Shown piece after piece: positions 18,667 through 28,189 of a stretch of 64,000 bases of DNA. Position 1 is the first letter of the stretch. The number at the start of each line of letters is the position of its first letter. A model generated the notes under the pieces. The model had not been told where the DNA came from. It searched no databases and saw only the letters and a list, made by a program, of their open reading frames with translations. Origin of the DNA: Vampirovibrionales bacterium (lineage in GTDB: Bacteria > Cyanobacteriota > Vampirovibrionia > Vampirovibrionales > JAJTHC01); contig JBIKNF010000010.1 of the NCBI GenBank assembly GCA_044358835.1, positions 1,753-65,752 of the forward strand, written 5' to 3'. The translations under genes were made by a program, and so were the position numbers.

Positions 18667-19899
18667 ATGGCAAACTACGCTTATAAAGCCGTGAATTTGG
18701 TTAGTCGTAAAAAGCAAGAAGGGGTCATCCCCGCTTCCAATGAAATGGAAGCACGTTCTAAATTAAGGGAAATGCAACTTTCAACGCTTTCTTTAGAAGA
18801 AGTCACGGGGTATCAAGACGGGTCAGGCACTCTCGTTAAAAAGGGATTTAAATTTGGCTTTAAAAGTAAAGTCAGTAGCAAAGAAGTCATGGCTTTTTCT
18901 CGAAACTTGGCGATTATGATTCGTGGGGGGATCCCTATTACAGAATCTTTACTTTATTTTGAAAACTTTTCAGAAAAGATTACCTATAAAGCCATGGTAC
19001 AATCCGTACGTCGAGACATTCTTGGCGGTATGCCCTTTTCAGAAGCCTTAGGTAAGTTTCCTGAAGTGTTTAGTACTATTTTTATTAACATTACCCGAGC
19101 AGGAGAAAGTTCAGGGGAGCTGGATGTTACGATGGAACGTATGGCAGACCTCATGGAACGCACCGAAAAAATTAAAGCCAAAGTGATTTCAACAGCCATT
19201 TACCCTGCCATTGTGTTGGGCTTAGTGGGCATCGTTTTACTGGTTATTTTTTACTTTGTGTTGCCGTCTTTTGAAAAAATCTATACCCAAATGGGGGTGG
19301 ACTTACCGTTAATCACCAAAGTTATGATTTTTATTTCCAACTGCTTGCGAAGTGGTTGGTTTATTACGCTTCCTGCGGTGGCTTGTGCAGTGTGGGGGTT
19401 CATGAAATTTATTTCTACTAATTTAGGTAAACGCTTGATTGACCAATATGTGATTTATATTCCAGTTCTCAAACAAGTCATTCGATTTACAAACGTGTCA
19501 AGCTTTATTTCTACCTTGAGTGTTTGTTTTGGAGCGGGTATTCCGATTACAGAAGGGTTGGATTATGCGGTTTCAACGGTAGGGAATGCCACCTATCGAA
19601 CCACACTGATGAATGTCAATACGCAAGTGCAGACAGGACGACGTTTGGGGGTAGCCTTAGCTGAAACAGGTATTATTCCTGAACTGGTTTTGCTGATTGT
19701 GGCAACGGGCGAAGAGTCGGGGAGCTTGGATCAATCTTTGGGCACTGCCCAAGAATATTTGGAAAAAGAAATTGATCAACGGATTGGGGTGTTGATGTCT
19801 TTTATGGAACCTATACTTTTGATGTTTTTGGGGATTATTGTTGGAATTGTAGCCTTATCCATCTACATGCCGCTCTTTAGTATGTATGAAAATATGTAG
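18667..19899 (+). CDS. gspF: Type II secretion inner-membrane platform protein GspF
   Basis: 410 aa with two GspF/PilC-type cytoplasmic domains and three TM segments. It directly follows gspE. Confidence 0.8.
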   Translation: MANYAYKAVNLVSRKKQEGVIPASNEMEARSKLREMQLSTLSLEEVTGYQDGSGTLVKKGFKFGFKSKVSSKEVMAFSRNLAIMIRGGIPITESLLYFENFSEKITYKAMVQSVRRDILGGMPFSEALGKFPEVFSTIFINITRAGESSGELDVTMERMADLMERTEKIKAKVISTAIYPAIVLGLVGIVLLVIFYFVLPSFEKIYTQMGVDLPLITKVMIFISNCLRSGWFITLPAVACAVWGFMKFISTNLGKRLIDQYVIYIPVLKQVIRFTNVSSFISTLSVCFGAGIPITEGLDYAVSTVGNATYRTTLMNVNTQVQTGRRLGVALAETGIIPELVLLIVATGEESGSLDQSLGTAQEYLEKEIDQRIGVLMSFMEPILLMFLGIIVGIVALSIYMPLFSMYENM

Positions 19900-19924
19900 T
19901 AATACCAATTTAACGATTAAATAG

Positions 19925-20040
19925 CGTCTGGCGTCTTCGTTGTCGCTCAGGTTCTCGATGTACTTATGTACGTTTATGTACACTTCACCCATCTGCGAGT
20001 CTAGGCACCTAGAATCCACCTATACGCTATTCAGTCGTTT
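19925..20040 (-). repeat. Degenerate copy (D) of the ~150-nt 5'-region repeat family, upstream of dnaK
   Basis: Shares ggcgtcttcgttgtcgct, ttatgtacgtttatgtaca, ctaggcacctagaat and atacgctattca blocks with copies at 22600-22730, 54069-54218 and 60709-60858. Confidence 0.6.
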
Positions 20041-20382
20041 AAATGGTATAAGCACTTTTTCGCAAAGTTCGTTTTTACCATATTCCCGTCCTTTTCAGGG
20101 GCGGGAATATGGTATTTTCTGATCTTTTTTCTATGAACCCCCCATAAAACTTAAGAAATGATGATAAAAAAACTAAAAAAACCTTATGACTAAAGGGGTT
20201 ATAACTTTTTTTGACTACAATGAAATAGATGTAAATAATCGCAAGGGTGTAAAAAACTAAATAAAATCTAAAGAATGCAAGCCTTACTATACATACCTGT
20301 ATCTTTCATTTAGAATAGTCGTATCTTAATTTTATTTTTGATGAAAAAGTTATTACATTTAAACAATAAGGAACACATCCCC

Positions 20383-22224
20383 ATGGCAAAAGTCGTCGGT
20401 ATCGATTTAGGTACAACCAACTCCGTTGTTTCCGTAATGGAAGGCGGTCAACCCGTTGTAATTGCAAATGCAGAAGGCAACCGTACTACGCCTTCTGTTG
20501 TGGCATTTAGCAAAAATGGTGATCGCTTGGTTGGGCAACATGCCAAACGTCAAGCGGTTGTCAACCCTGATCGTACCATTGCTTCAAACAAGCGTTACAT
20601 GGGTAGTGACAAAACATGGTCCATTGACGCTAAAGAATGGACGCCCCAAGAAATTTCGGCTCAAATTTTACGTAAACTTGCGGATGACGCGTCTACTTAC
20701 TTAGGTGAAAAAGTCACGCAAGCCGTCATTACCGTGCCTGCTTACTTCAACGATGCTCAGCGTCAAGCCACCAAAGATGCTGGACGCATTGCGGGTTTAG
20801 AAGTGTTACGTATCGTCAATGAACCGACTGCGGCCGCTTTTGCCTACGGCTTAGACAAAAAAGATCACGAAGAAACCATTTTGGTTTTTGACTTAGGGGG
20901 CGGTACTTTTGACGTAACCATTCTTGAAATGGGCGAAGGCGTTTACGAAGTTAAAGCCACTAGTGGAGACACTCACTTGGGTGGAGATGACTTTGATGAA
21001 GCGGTGATGGAATGGATTATGGCCGAATTCAAAAAAGTCGAAGGTATGGATCTTAAAAATGACAAGCAAGCCTTGCAACGGGTCCGTGAAGCCGCAGAAA
21101 AAGCAAAGTGCGAGTTATCTTCCTTAGAATCCACCAACATTAACTTGCCCTTTATTACGGCTACAGCAGAAGGCCCCAAGCACTTGGATGTCTCCTTGTC
21201 TCGTGCCACGTTCAACCAAATCACCAAAGAACTGGTTGAACGTTGCCGTATTCCCGTTGAAGCCGCCATTAAAGACGCGGGCTTAAGCAAAGAAAACATT
21301 GATGAAATCGTTTTAGTCGGCGGTTCCACGCGTATTCCTGCGGTTCAAAAATTGGTGGAATCCATTACAGGCAAAGCGGCTAATCAAGGCGTCAACCCTG
21401 ACGAAGTGGTCGCCGTGGGTGCTGCCCTTCAAGGGGGCGTCCTTGCGGGGGATGTCAAGGACATCGTGTTGTTGGATGTTACGCCACTGTCCTTAGGCGT
21501 TGAAACCATGGGTTCTGTAATGACGAAACTTATTGAACGTAACACCACCATTCCCACCAAGCGTAGCGAAGTCTTCTCCACCGCTGCGGACAATCAAACC
21601 AGTGTGGATGTTCATGTGCTTCAAGGTGAACGTCAATTCGCCAAAGACAATAAGTCCTTGGGTGTGTTCCGCCTAGAAGGTATTGGGCCTGCCCCTCGTG
21701 GTATTCCTAAGGTGGAAGTCACCTTTGATATTGATGCCAACGGTATTTTGAGCGTTTCGGCGAAAGATCAAGCCACAGGCAAGCAACAATCCATTACGAT
21801 TAACGACAGTTCCAATTTGAGCGATGCTGAAGTGGATCGCATGGTTGAAGAGGCAGAGAAGTTCAAAGCTGAAGATGAAGCCAAGAAAAAGCAAGTAGAA
21901 GCCAAAAATCAAGCGGAACAGCTTTGCTATTCTGTAGAACACCAGATCAAAGATTTGGGTGACAAGGTGGAAGCGTCTGAAAAAGAAAAAGCCGAAGGAC
22001 TGATCACACAACTGCGTGACGCCATTTCGGCAGACCAGCATGACGATATTCAACGCTTGCATGACGAACTTCAAGAAGTGGCTTACGCCATTAGCACCAA
22101 AGCGTATGAAGCCGCAGGGTCTGCTCCCACGGCGGCGGATGCTGGCTCAGTTCAAGCAAACGCAGAAGACGATGATGTGATTGATGCGGATTACACGCCA
22201 AGTGATGACGCTGCGAAAGTCTAA
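20383..22224 (+). CDS. dnaK: Molecular chaperone DnaK (Hsp70)
   Basis: [14 protein letters not shown]...DLGGGTFD...; full-length Hsp70. The ORF in the track extends 15 codons upstream from a TTG, but ATG at 20383 has the aagga ribosome-binding site. Confidence 0.95.
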   Translation: MAKVVGIDLGTTNSVVSVMEGGQPVVIANAEGNRTTPSVVAFSKNGDRLVGQHAKRQAVVNPDRTIASNKRYMGSDKTWSIDAKEWTPQEISAQILRKLADDASTYLGEKVTQAVITVPAYFNDAQRQATKDAGRIAGLEVLRIVNEPTAAAFAYGLDKKDHEETILVFDLGGGTFDVTILEMGEGVYEVKATSGDTHLGGDDFDEAVMEWIMAEFKKVEGMDLKNDKQALQRVREAAEKAKCELSSLESTNINLPFITATAEGPKHLDVSLSRATFNQITKELVERCRIPVEAAIKDAGLSKENIDEIVLVGGSTRIPAVQKLVESITGKAANQGVNPDEVVAVGAALQGGVLAGDVKDIVLLDVTPLSLGVETMGSVMTKLIERNTTIPTKRSEVFSTAADNQTSVDVHVLQGERQFAKDNKSLGVFRLEGIGPAPRGIPKVEVTFDIDANGILSVSAKDQATGKQQSITINDSSNLSDAEVDRMVEEAEKFKAEDEAKKKQVEAKNQAEQLCYSVEHQIKDLGDKVEASEKEKAEGLITQLRDAISADQHDDIQRLHDELQEVAYAISTKAYEAAGSAPTAADAGSVQANAEDDDVIDADYTPSDDAAKV

Positions 22225-22243
22225 TCAAACGCTATATTTCTAA

Positions 22244-22277
22244 AAATCAGGGGGACGACGATCCCTCTGATTTTTTA
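22244..22277 (+). terminator. Rho-independent terminator of dnaK
   Basis: Hairpin aatcaggggg-acgacg-atccctctgatt followed by TTTTTT. Confidence 0.6.
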
Positions 22278-22301
22278 TGTTATAATTCACGCGTATAACA
22301 T
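22278..22301 (+). promoter_or_regulatory. Extended -10 promoter element (TGnTATAAT) overlapping an 8-bp inverted repeat, atgttata-N9-tataacat, upstream of yggT
   Basis: tgttataat at 22278-22286; palindrome halves at 22277-22284 and 22294-22301. Confidence 0.35.
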
Positions 22302-22321
22302 AAAAAAAAGGATGCTTCCCT

Positions 22322-22576
22322 ATGCTTTCATTATTTGCTCATTTTTTGGCCACTTTAGTGAATCTTTATAAAATTATGATCTTTATTCGCATTCTCCTAA
22401 CGTGGATCCCTTCGTTGGATTGGCGTTATCCTCTTTTTCGTTTTTTAGAAGAGGCCACAGAACCTGTGCTTCGTTATGCTCGAAATCTCATTCCGCCTGT
22501 AGGAATGTTTGATCTTTCCCCGATTGTCGTTTTTTTAGGGCTAAATGTGTTGGAATACCTGCTGAAAAGCTTGTAA
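22322..22576 (+). CDS. YggT-family small membrane protein
   Basis: 84 aa with two TM helices. LTWIPSLDWRYP...L.PVGMFDLSPIV resembles YggT/Ycf19. Confidence 0.6.
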   Translation: MLSLFAHFLATLVNLYKIMIFIRILLTWIPSLDWRYPLFRFLEEATEPVLRYARNLIPPVGMFDLSPIVVFLGLNVLEYLLKSL

Positions 22577-22599
22577 GACCCATTAAACGATTAAATGTC

Positions 22600-22730
22600 G
22601 TGTGGTCTCTTGGTTAAGGCTACGATTTTTTTGTTTGGTTATGTATGTTTATGTTCCCGCCCGCACAAAAAATATAGGCGCCTACAATAGCCTAATACGC
22701 TATTCATCCGTCTTCTGGCTTCACTTGTGA
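22600..22730 (-). repeat. Copy (C) of the ~150-nt 5'-region repeat family, upstream of the small-protein gene at 22964
   Basis: ggctacgatttttttgtttggttatgtatgtttatgtt cccgcccgcacaaaaaa taggcgcctacaatagcct is the reverse complement of the core of copies A and B. Confidence 0.7.
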
Positions 22731-22963
22731 TTCGCAAAAAAGTACCAAAACCGCTGGTTTTGGGCGGACGTGCGTGAATGACTTTTTCATGCTGATGAAG
22801 TCATTGGTTATTTATATATGTTTTGTTACAATTTAAAAACACTAGCACAAAAGTTTCGTCTTTCTGCCTTTATGCCCTTGGATATAGAATTAGCAATCAA
22901 TCAAACCATCGATGTAAATCGTGGATTCAAACAAAAATACTTAGGACAAAGAGGAACACAGAC

Positions 22964-23299
22964 ATGGGACTAGCCGCTACAAGCGCCCGCAAGTATATGC
23001 TAATGGCATACAAAATGAATTTGCAGTTCGATTTGCAACAAATTGCACAAGCGCGCTTAAGATTAATGAGTATTATTGACAAGGTATACGCTGCCAGTAG
23101 CTCCATGGACCCTAGCAGTCCAGTGGCACAACAACATGATCAATTTGTCGCACGGTTACAAACTCAAGACAAACGCATTGCGCTGATGCAAGAAAAAATG
23201 AAACAGCAGGCTTCTGCGATTGATCAAGAAATGCAAAGCTTAGATAAAATCATTGAAGGTGGTATTAAGCAGAACTTTAACTACATAGGCAATGCCTAA
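22964..23299 (+). CDS. Small alpha-helical protein, paralogous family member 2
   Basis: 111 aa from the ATG at 22964 with an aagagga ribosome-binding site. The longer track ORF 22823-23299 has an implausible N-terminal extension. Confidence 0.5.
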   Translation: MGLAATSARKYMLMAYKMNLQFDLQQIAQARLRLMSIIDKVYAASSSMDPSSPVAQQHDQFVARLQTQDKRIALMQEKMKQQASAIDQEMQSLDKIIEGGIKQNFNYIGNA

Positions 23300-23611
23300 G
23301 CGAGCGCATTGAAAAGCAAATATAGGGGGAACGCACGGTTGCCTTTCCTTGAATAGACCAACGCGACGCTTCTGTAACGGCTTATTACAGGGTGACGCAC
23401 AAAATATCGTTAAGATTGTTTTTATGCCAATAGACAATCTCTTTTGACGTTGTAAACCCAGTTAAACGCCCCATTCCAGTCAATGCCTTATTTTAACCCT
23501 TTTATGAACTTGACCCTTATTTGACCTACTTCTTATTGACTCACCCTTGACTGACCACTCAACACAATCCCTCGATGACCAACCCCCAACCTATAAATAC
23601 CCTAGGAGTGC

Positions 23612-23944
23612 ATGCTTATGTTTCTGACGCCAGGTGCCCGTTCGAGCTATTTGTTAGACCGTGAAATTTCGCTACAATTTGAGCTACAAACCATCTCTTC
23701 TGCTCAATATCGCATTCAAGCCGCTTTAGACAAAGTCTATAACGTAGGGGATTTAGACCCTAATAATCCGAATTTAGTTGCATCGCATGATCGCTTAGTT
23801 CAACAACTTAAAGAATGGCAACTACGAATCAATTCCACTCAAATGCGTTTGGGTCAGGAACTGGCGATGGTACAAGCTGAAAAACCCAAGCAAGAAGAAC
23901 TCTTTAAATCTGGCGTAAAAAGCTTTTACGACATGATCGTCTAA
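23612..23944 (+). CDS. Small alpha-helical protein, paralogous family member 3
   Basis: 110 aa with a taggagtg ribosome-binding site. It shares LQF(D/E)LQ, DKVY and DP-N/S-P motifs with the 22964 gene. Confidence 0.5.
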   Translation: MLMFLTPGARSSYLLDREISLQFELQTISSAQYRIQAALDKVYNVGDLDPNNPNLVASHDRLVQQLKEWQLRINSTQMRLGQELAMVQAEKPKQEELFKSGVKSFYDMIV

Positions 23945-24621
23945 AAGGGGGGTATAGCTTTTGAGCGAGCCTGGAGGCGAAGACGCCTACCCCTGCTTGG
24001 GAAACACACACGCCTTGTTGGTGAGTGACTCTCCTTACTATTCGGATTGGATTGCTGTAATGCTTTCAGATCAATTTAGCATAGAGATTAGGTTTCTTCT
24101 TAATCTATCTACTGTTCTAGATTCCATTATGATAGCATGAGCTGTTTGGTTAAAAGGAGTTCGTGTAGAAGGGTTTTGTCGCACTTGAAGAATAGCCTTT
24201 AAAGTTTTACCCTCAAGATCTAAAGCAATTTCTTCAACTAGTCTGCAGGGGTTTACTCCCCCATTACGCTGAATCGAAGTCGCTTGCGGTTGTATAGCGT
24301 GGGGGGGTAAATGAAGTACGAGAAACATTAAACATAGGGGATTCCTTATTTTTTAGACGAAGCAAGGGTCACACGACGTGGACACCCGCCTAACACGATT
24401 CACACACAAGGCGTTTCTTACGCGTGGTGTACACACTGGTATAAAACCACTGGCACGCGCTGGTGGGAACCGTCGCTTCACAAATCGTTACATCCTGTAA
24501 CATCTCACCAAAAGGCATTGCTGATGTTTCGAACGCTTTAAAAAAAAATCAGAAAGCGAGTCATCGCCTCTGGTTTTTCGGCTATACTGAAGAAGTGTTC
24601 AAAAAAAGAGGGAGTGCGTTT

Positions 24622-25122
24622 GTGACGTTGCACTGGAAGTCCCCCCGCCTAAAAGCCCTTACGCGTGTTGAAACCCTCGTGAGCCTGACGATGTTGGTGA
24701 CGTTGCTGGCCTTTGCGTGGGTGACTTATGAACGTGCTTTTGAAGAAGCCGATGCCCAAGCCCTGCAAGCACAACTGCTGAACTTTCAACAGGCGTTCAT
24801 TGAAGGCAGTCAACGTGCTCAACTGAAACCTAAAGATCTAGACCTGAACATGGTGGTGGAAGCCTTGCCCCTTGCCACCCCTTACCACTGGAAACACGTG
24901 GATGCCTTAGGAAGTGACCAACGGGTTGAATTAAGTGTAACCCCTTCTTCTCGTCTTTCTTTAACGCCCCTGCGCGCCGTGACGTTTCGGGTCAATGATT
25001 GTGGGGATGTTTGCCTGTTGGCGTTGACGAACTTTAGCTACTATCACTTGCGTCCCAATTTGAAGGCCAGTTGCCCTGAAGATCCGGTGGCTACCGTGTG
25101 TCAGTACTTGTCGAATGAATAG
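24622..25122 (+). CDS. Candidate pseudopilin-like protein (class III signal peptide); start re-assigned to GTG
   Basis: With a GTG start at 24622 (ribosome-binding site gagggag), the product begins with a basic leader MTLHWKSPRLKA, then LTRVETLVSLTMLVTLLAFAW: Thr at +2, Glu at +5, and a hydrophobic helix. This is a prepilin-like pattern with Leu in place of Phe. The track ORF starting at 24463 adds 53 unlikely residues. Confidence 0.35.
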   Translation: MTLHWKSPRLKALTRVETLVSLTMLVTLLAFAWVTYERAFEEADAQALQAQLLNFQQAFIEGSQRAQLKPKDLDLNMVVEALPLATPYHWKHVDALGSDQRVELSVTPSSRLSLTPLRAVTFRVNDCGDVCLLALTNFSYYHLRPNLKASCPEDPVATVCQYLSNE

Positions 25123-25130
25123 GAAGTCCC

Positions 25131-27155
25131 ATGTTTGATCCTTCAATTGCAAGTGTTTTACTGGTTGCCAGCGTCGTTGCCACGATTTTTCATACCCTTA
25201 AGCTCCCGCCTGTTTTAGGCTTTATGTTGGTGGGGGCGTTGACGGGTCCTTATGGCCTTAAATGGATGCAAGATCAAGCCACGGTCAATGGAATGGCTGA
25301 ACTGGGCTTGATTTTCTTGCTCTTTATGGTGGGGTTAGAACTTTCGCCTGCCAAACTAAAACGCATGAAGTATACTGCCTTAAATGTCGGTATTCGCTAT
25401 ATGGCACTAGGCACTGTGGTGTTAGGAACGGTATTGCTTGCCTTACACGCCCCGCCTTTACTGGCGTATGTGTTAGGGGGTGTCTTAAGTCTAAGTTCAA
25501 CGGCTTTGGTGATTAAATGCATTGAAGAGGCTCAAGCCACGGCAAGCACTGTAGGCCGAGTCACCGTAGGCACCCTTATTGTGCAAGATCTTGCCGTGAT
25601 TCCCCTTTTACTGCTGGTGCCTGTTCTGCTTCAAGTCTATGAAGGGGGGGATGTTCACTTGCCGTTGCTCCTGGTAGATTTAGGCAAGGCGCTTTTGGTT
25701 TTAGTGGCCACTGTGGCCTTGAGTTTTTATTTAATCCCCACGTGGGTGGACAAACTTGCTCAAGCGCGAAACCGTGAACTCTTTACGCTTTCTGTGTTTA
25801 GTTTGGGCATAGGCATGGCCTTTTTTACACACTGGTTGGGCTTAAGCCTTGAAGCAGGGGCATTTGTGGGGGGCTTGGCTTTAAGCGGTAGCCTGTATAG
25901 CAAGCAAGTCTTAAGTGACAGCCGGCCTTTTCGAGACGTTTTTGCGTCCGTTTTTTTTGTGTCACTCGGGGCTTTACTTAATTGGGAAGTCATGACAACC
26001 CAGTGGCAACACATTTTAGGCTTAAGCGTGGTGTTGTTGGTGCTTAAAACCCTTATTGGGATTATAGTGGCCAAACAAGCCAAGCTTTCATGGAAGGTGG
26101 CCATATCATCTGCCTTACTTCTATGTCAAGTGGGGGAACTTTCTTTCATGGTGCTTCGTCACCTGCAAGACGGCGTACAAAACGCCCCCTTGATTTTAGC
26201 GTGGGTTCAACAATGGATGGACGCCCTCATTCACGCCATTATTTTAACGCTATGGGTGACGCCCCTACTGAGCCGTTTTTTGTTTGGCGTAGGGCAAGCG
26301 TGGCTTTCAAAATGGACAGATCCATGGGATTACGCGAGTCTTATTGAAGAACAACGTCGTGATTTAATGGAACCTAAAAGACACAAAGCCCTTGGCGTCC
26401 CCCCCGTTTTAATCGTGGGTTATGGCCCTGTGGCGCAACAACTTGCTGAAGCCTTGCGTTCTGAACAAATGGCGTACCAAGTGCTAGAACATAACGCTGT
26501 TACGGTCAAAAGCCTAAAAGAAGAGGGCGTTTCTGCTCTTTATGGGGATGCGACTTCGCCCCACGTGCTAGAATCGGCGGGGGTGAAATCCGTCCAGTTA
26601 TTGGTGGTAACGGTGCCTATGGTGAAAGTGGCCACGACGATTTTGTTTCATGCGCGCCAACTCAACCCTGAATTAACCATTGTGGCACGGGCCAAATACC
26701 GCACGGATGTTGACCCCCTGTACGAAGCGGGTGCCGATGCCGTGATTTACGACGAACTTGAATCGGGGCATCGTTTCATTCATTACAGCCTACTTCAATT
26801 AGGCTTTTCACTGCAAGAATCGCATAGCAGGAGCTTGATGTTACGGCATCAATTTGAAGGAGAGTTTCACCCGCCTGAACGTAGCGCGAGCCTGCCCGAA
26901 CTGTCTAGTCGCTTGCCTTTAGTGGGGGATACATTACTAGAATGGGTACCTGTTCCTGAAGGTTCGCCCTTGCTGTGCCAAAGCCTTGAAGGGGCAAAAC
27001 TTAGGCAACGAACAGGCGTGACAATTGTGTCTATTATTGAAAGCCATACGTTAAAGCGACGGGATGCCGTTGCCAAAAGCGTCTTAAATGCGGGGGATGT
27101 GTTGATTGCGCTAGGTACGGCGGGGCAGTTAGACGCTTTGCGTGAAGCGTTATAA
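25131..27155 (+). CDS. kefB: CPA2-family K+/H+ antiporter (KefB/KefC-like) with C-terminal RCK (TrkA-N/TrkA-C) domains
   Basis: About 12 TM helices, then the Rossmann motif VGYGPVAQQLAEAL and a TrkA-C-like C-terminus. Confidence 0.8.
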   Translation: MFDPSIASVLLVASVVATIFHTLKLPPVLGFMLVGALTGPYGLKWMQDQATVNGMAELGLIFLLFMVGLELSPAKLKRMKYTALNVGIRYMALGTVVLGTVLLALHAPPLLAYVLGGVLSLSSTALVIKCIEEAQATASTVGRVTVGTLIVQDLAVIPLLLLVPVLLQVYEGGDVHLPLLLVDLGKALLVLVATVALSFYLIPTWVDKLAQARNRELFTLSVFSLGIGMAFFTHWLGLSLEAGAFVGGLALSGSLYSKQVLSDSRPFRDVFASVFFVSLGALLNWEVMTTQWQHILGLSVVLLVLKTLIGIIVAKQAKLSWKVAISSALLLCQVGELSFMVLRHLQDGVQNAPLILAWVQQWMDALIHAIILTLWVTPLLSRFLFGVGQAWLSKWTDPWDYASLIEEQRRDLMEPKRHKALGVPPVLIVGYGPVAQQLAEALRSEQMAYQVLEHNAVTVKSLKEEGVSALYGDATSPHVLESAGVKSVQLLVVTVPMVKVATTILFHARQLNPELTIVARAKYRTDVDPLYEAGADAVIYDELESGHRFIHYSLLQLGFSLQESHSRSLMLRHQFEGEFHPPERSASLPELSSRLPLVGDTLLEWVPVPEGSPLLCQSLEGAKLRQRTGVTIVSIIESHTLKRRDAVAKSVLNAGDVLIALGTAGQLDALREAL

Positions 27156-27244
27156 AAACGGGATTCCTCAGTGTCAAAATACTTTTTTAAGAAATAGCGC
27201 CAAAACACGACATTGAGTAAACGAGTGAAACGTTGGTAAAAAAA

Positions 27245-27318
27245 TGCGCAGCGAGGGATTCGAACCCCCGACCTCATGGTTCGTAGCCATGCACTCTATC
27301 CAACTGAGCTAGCCGCGC
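27245..27318 (-). tRNA. tRNA-Arg (anticodon ACG)
   Basis: The reverse complement folds as a cloverleaf: acceptor GCGCGGC/GCTGCGC, D-arm GCTCAGTTGGATAGAGT, anticodon loop CTACGAA, T-arm GGTTCGAATCC. Confidence 0.85.
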
Positions 27319-27437
27319 AAAGGGTTGTAATACAAGTCAATATAAACTGAACATATCTTCAACGCAAGCCTTTTCACAAAATCGATTTTACTGTTATAAT
27401 AGAAAAACGTTGCCCCTTTAGGAAAGGATTCCTTCCC

Positions 27438-27824
27438 ATGACCACTGAAGACACCGTGGCTACTACGCCTCCATCAAACGAAGTTGTTCTTGAAATACCT
27501 GTTGAAGCCCCTTCTTTTGACCCCCGCCCCAAAAACGTGGATGCCCTAACACAAAGCACCGCTCGCTTTAGCCGTAAAGCGTGGGATGTCTTTTTGAGTC
27601 TAAAAGAAGACCTTGAAAAAATTACTTATAAACGTATTGCGCTTCAATTGCTGGCGCGTTCTGAAGCGGGAGCCATCACCCTAGGCCAGGCTCTTGAAGC
27701 GATTTCTGTTCCTGCGGTGAAAGTCAACGGCGTAAACATTAGCACAATCACCACGTTTGCAAAATTGCAAGAAGTCATTAAGCATCCTGATTTGTTGAGC
27801 GTTGATTTAACGCTATTGGACTAA
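27438..27824 (+). CDS. Hypothetical protein
   Basis: 128-aa ORF immediately upstream of, and co-oriented with, the next ORF and radA. Confidence 0.4.
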   Translation: MTTEDTVATTPPSNEVVLEIPVEAPSFDPRPKNVDALTQSTARFSRKAWDVFLSLKEDLEKITYKRIALQLLARSEAGAITLGQALEAISVPAVKVNGVNISTITTFAKLQEVIKHPDLLSVDLTLLD

Positions 27825-27827
27825 GCC

Positions 27828-28169
27828 GTGAGCCTACCTCGACTCAACAGCGAAGACTGGGACAAGTTGACTTGGCAGATCTGTGAACTGCTTTATGTAA
27901 AAGCCATGCAAGACAAGTTGAACGAAGTGGAATCTGACGGGTTTGCCACACAAGAGTTGAAGCCTTACTTGCATAAGCGGGATGTGGATCGTTTGAAAAA
28001 ACGGCTTCACGAATTGGTGATGTTAGAATTGGTTCAGGCCAAAGAAGATGCTCATGGGCAGAAACGCTATGTGTTTGATCTGTACCAGTTGAATCGCTAT
28101 GGGGACCGTGACGACGTCGTGCCTGTCTTTGAACGGCTTGGTTGCTTGATCGGGGATGATGAAAATTAA
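27828..28169 (+). CDS. Hypothetical protein
   Basis: 113-aa ORF, 3 nt after the previous stop codon and 20 nt before radA. Confidence 0.4.
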   Translation: MSLPRLNSEDWDKLTWQICELLYVKAMQDKLNEVESDGFATQELKPYLHKRDVDRLKKRLHELVMLELVQAKEDAHGQKRYVFDLYQLNRYGDRDDVVPVFERLGCLIGDDEN

Positions 28170-28189
28170 CGACACGGGAGGAACATCCA

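Noticed and set aside
20462-21329. ORFs 20462-20704 (+), 20893-21078 (-), 20973-21329 (-) and 21673-22074 (-)
   Set aside because: They are embedded in or antisense to dnaK. These are spurious alternative frames of a highly expressed, strongly conserved gene.
24071-24328. 85-aa minus-strand ORF in the 500-bp gap between the small-protein gene and the pseudopilin candidate
   Set aside because: No ribosome-binding site, no conserved motifs, and an unusual His/Pro-rich start. It could be real but cannot be supported from sequence alone.
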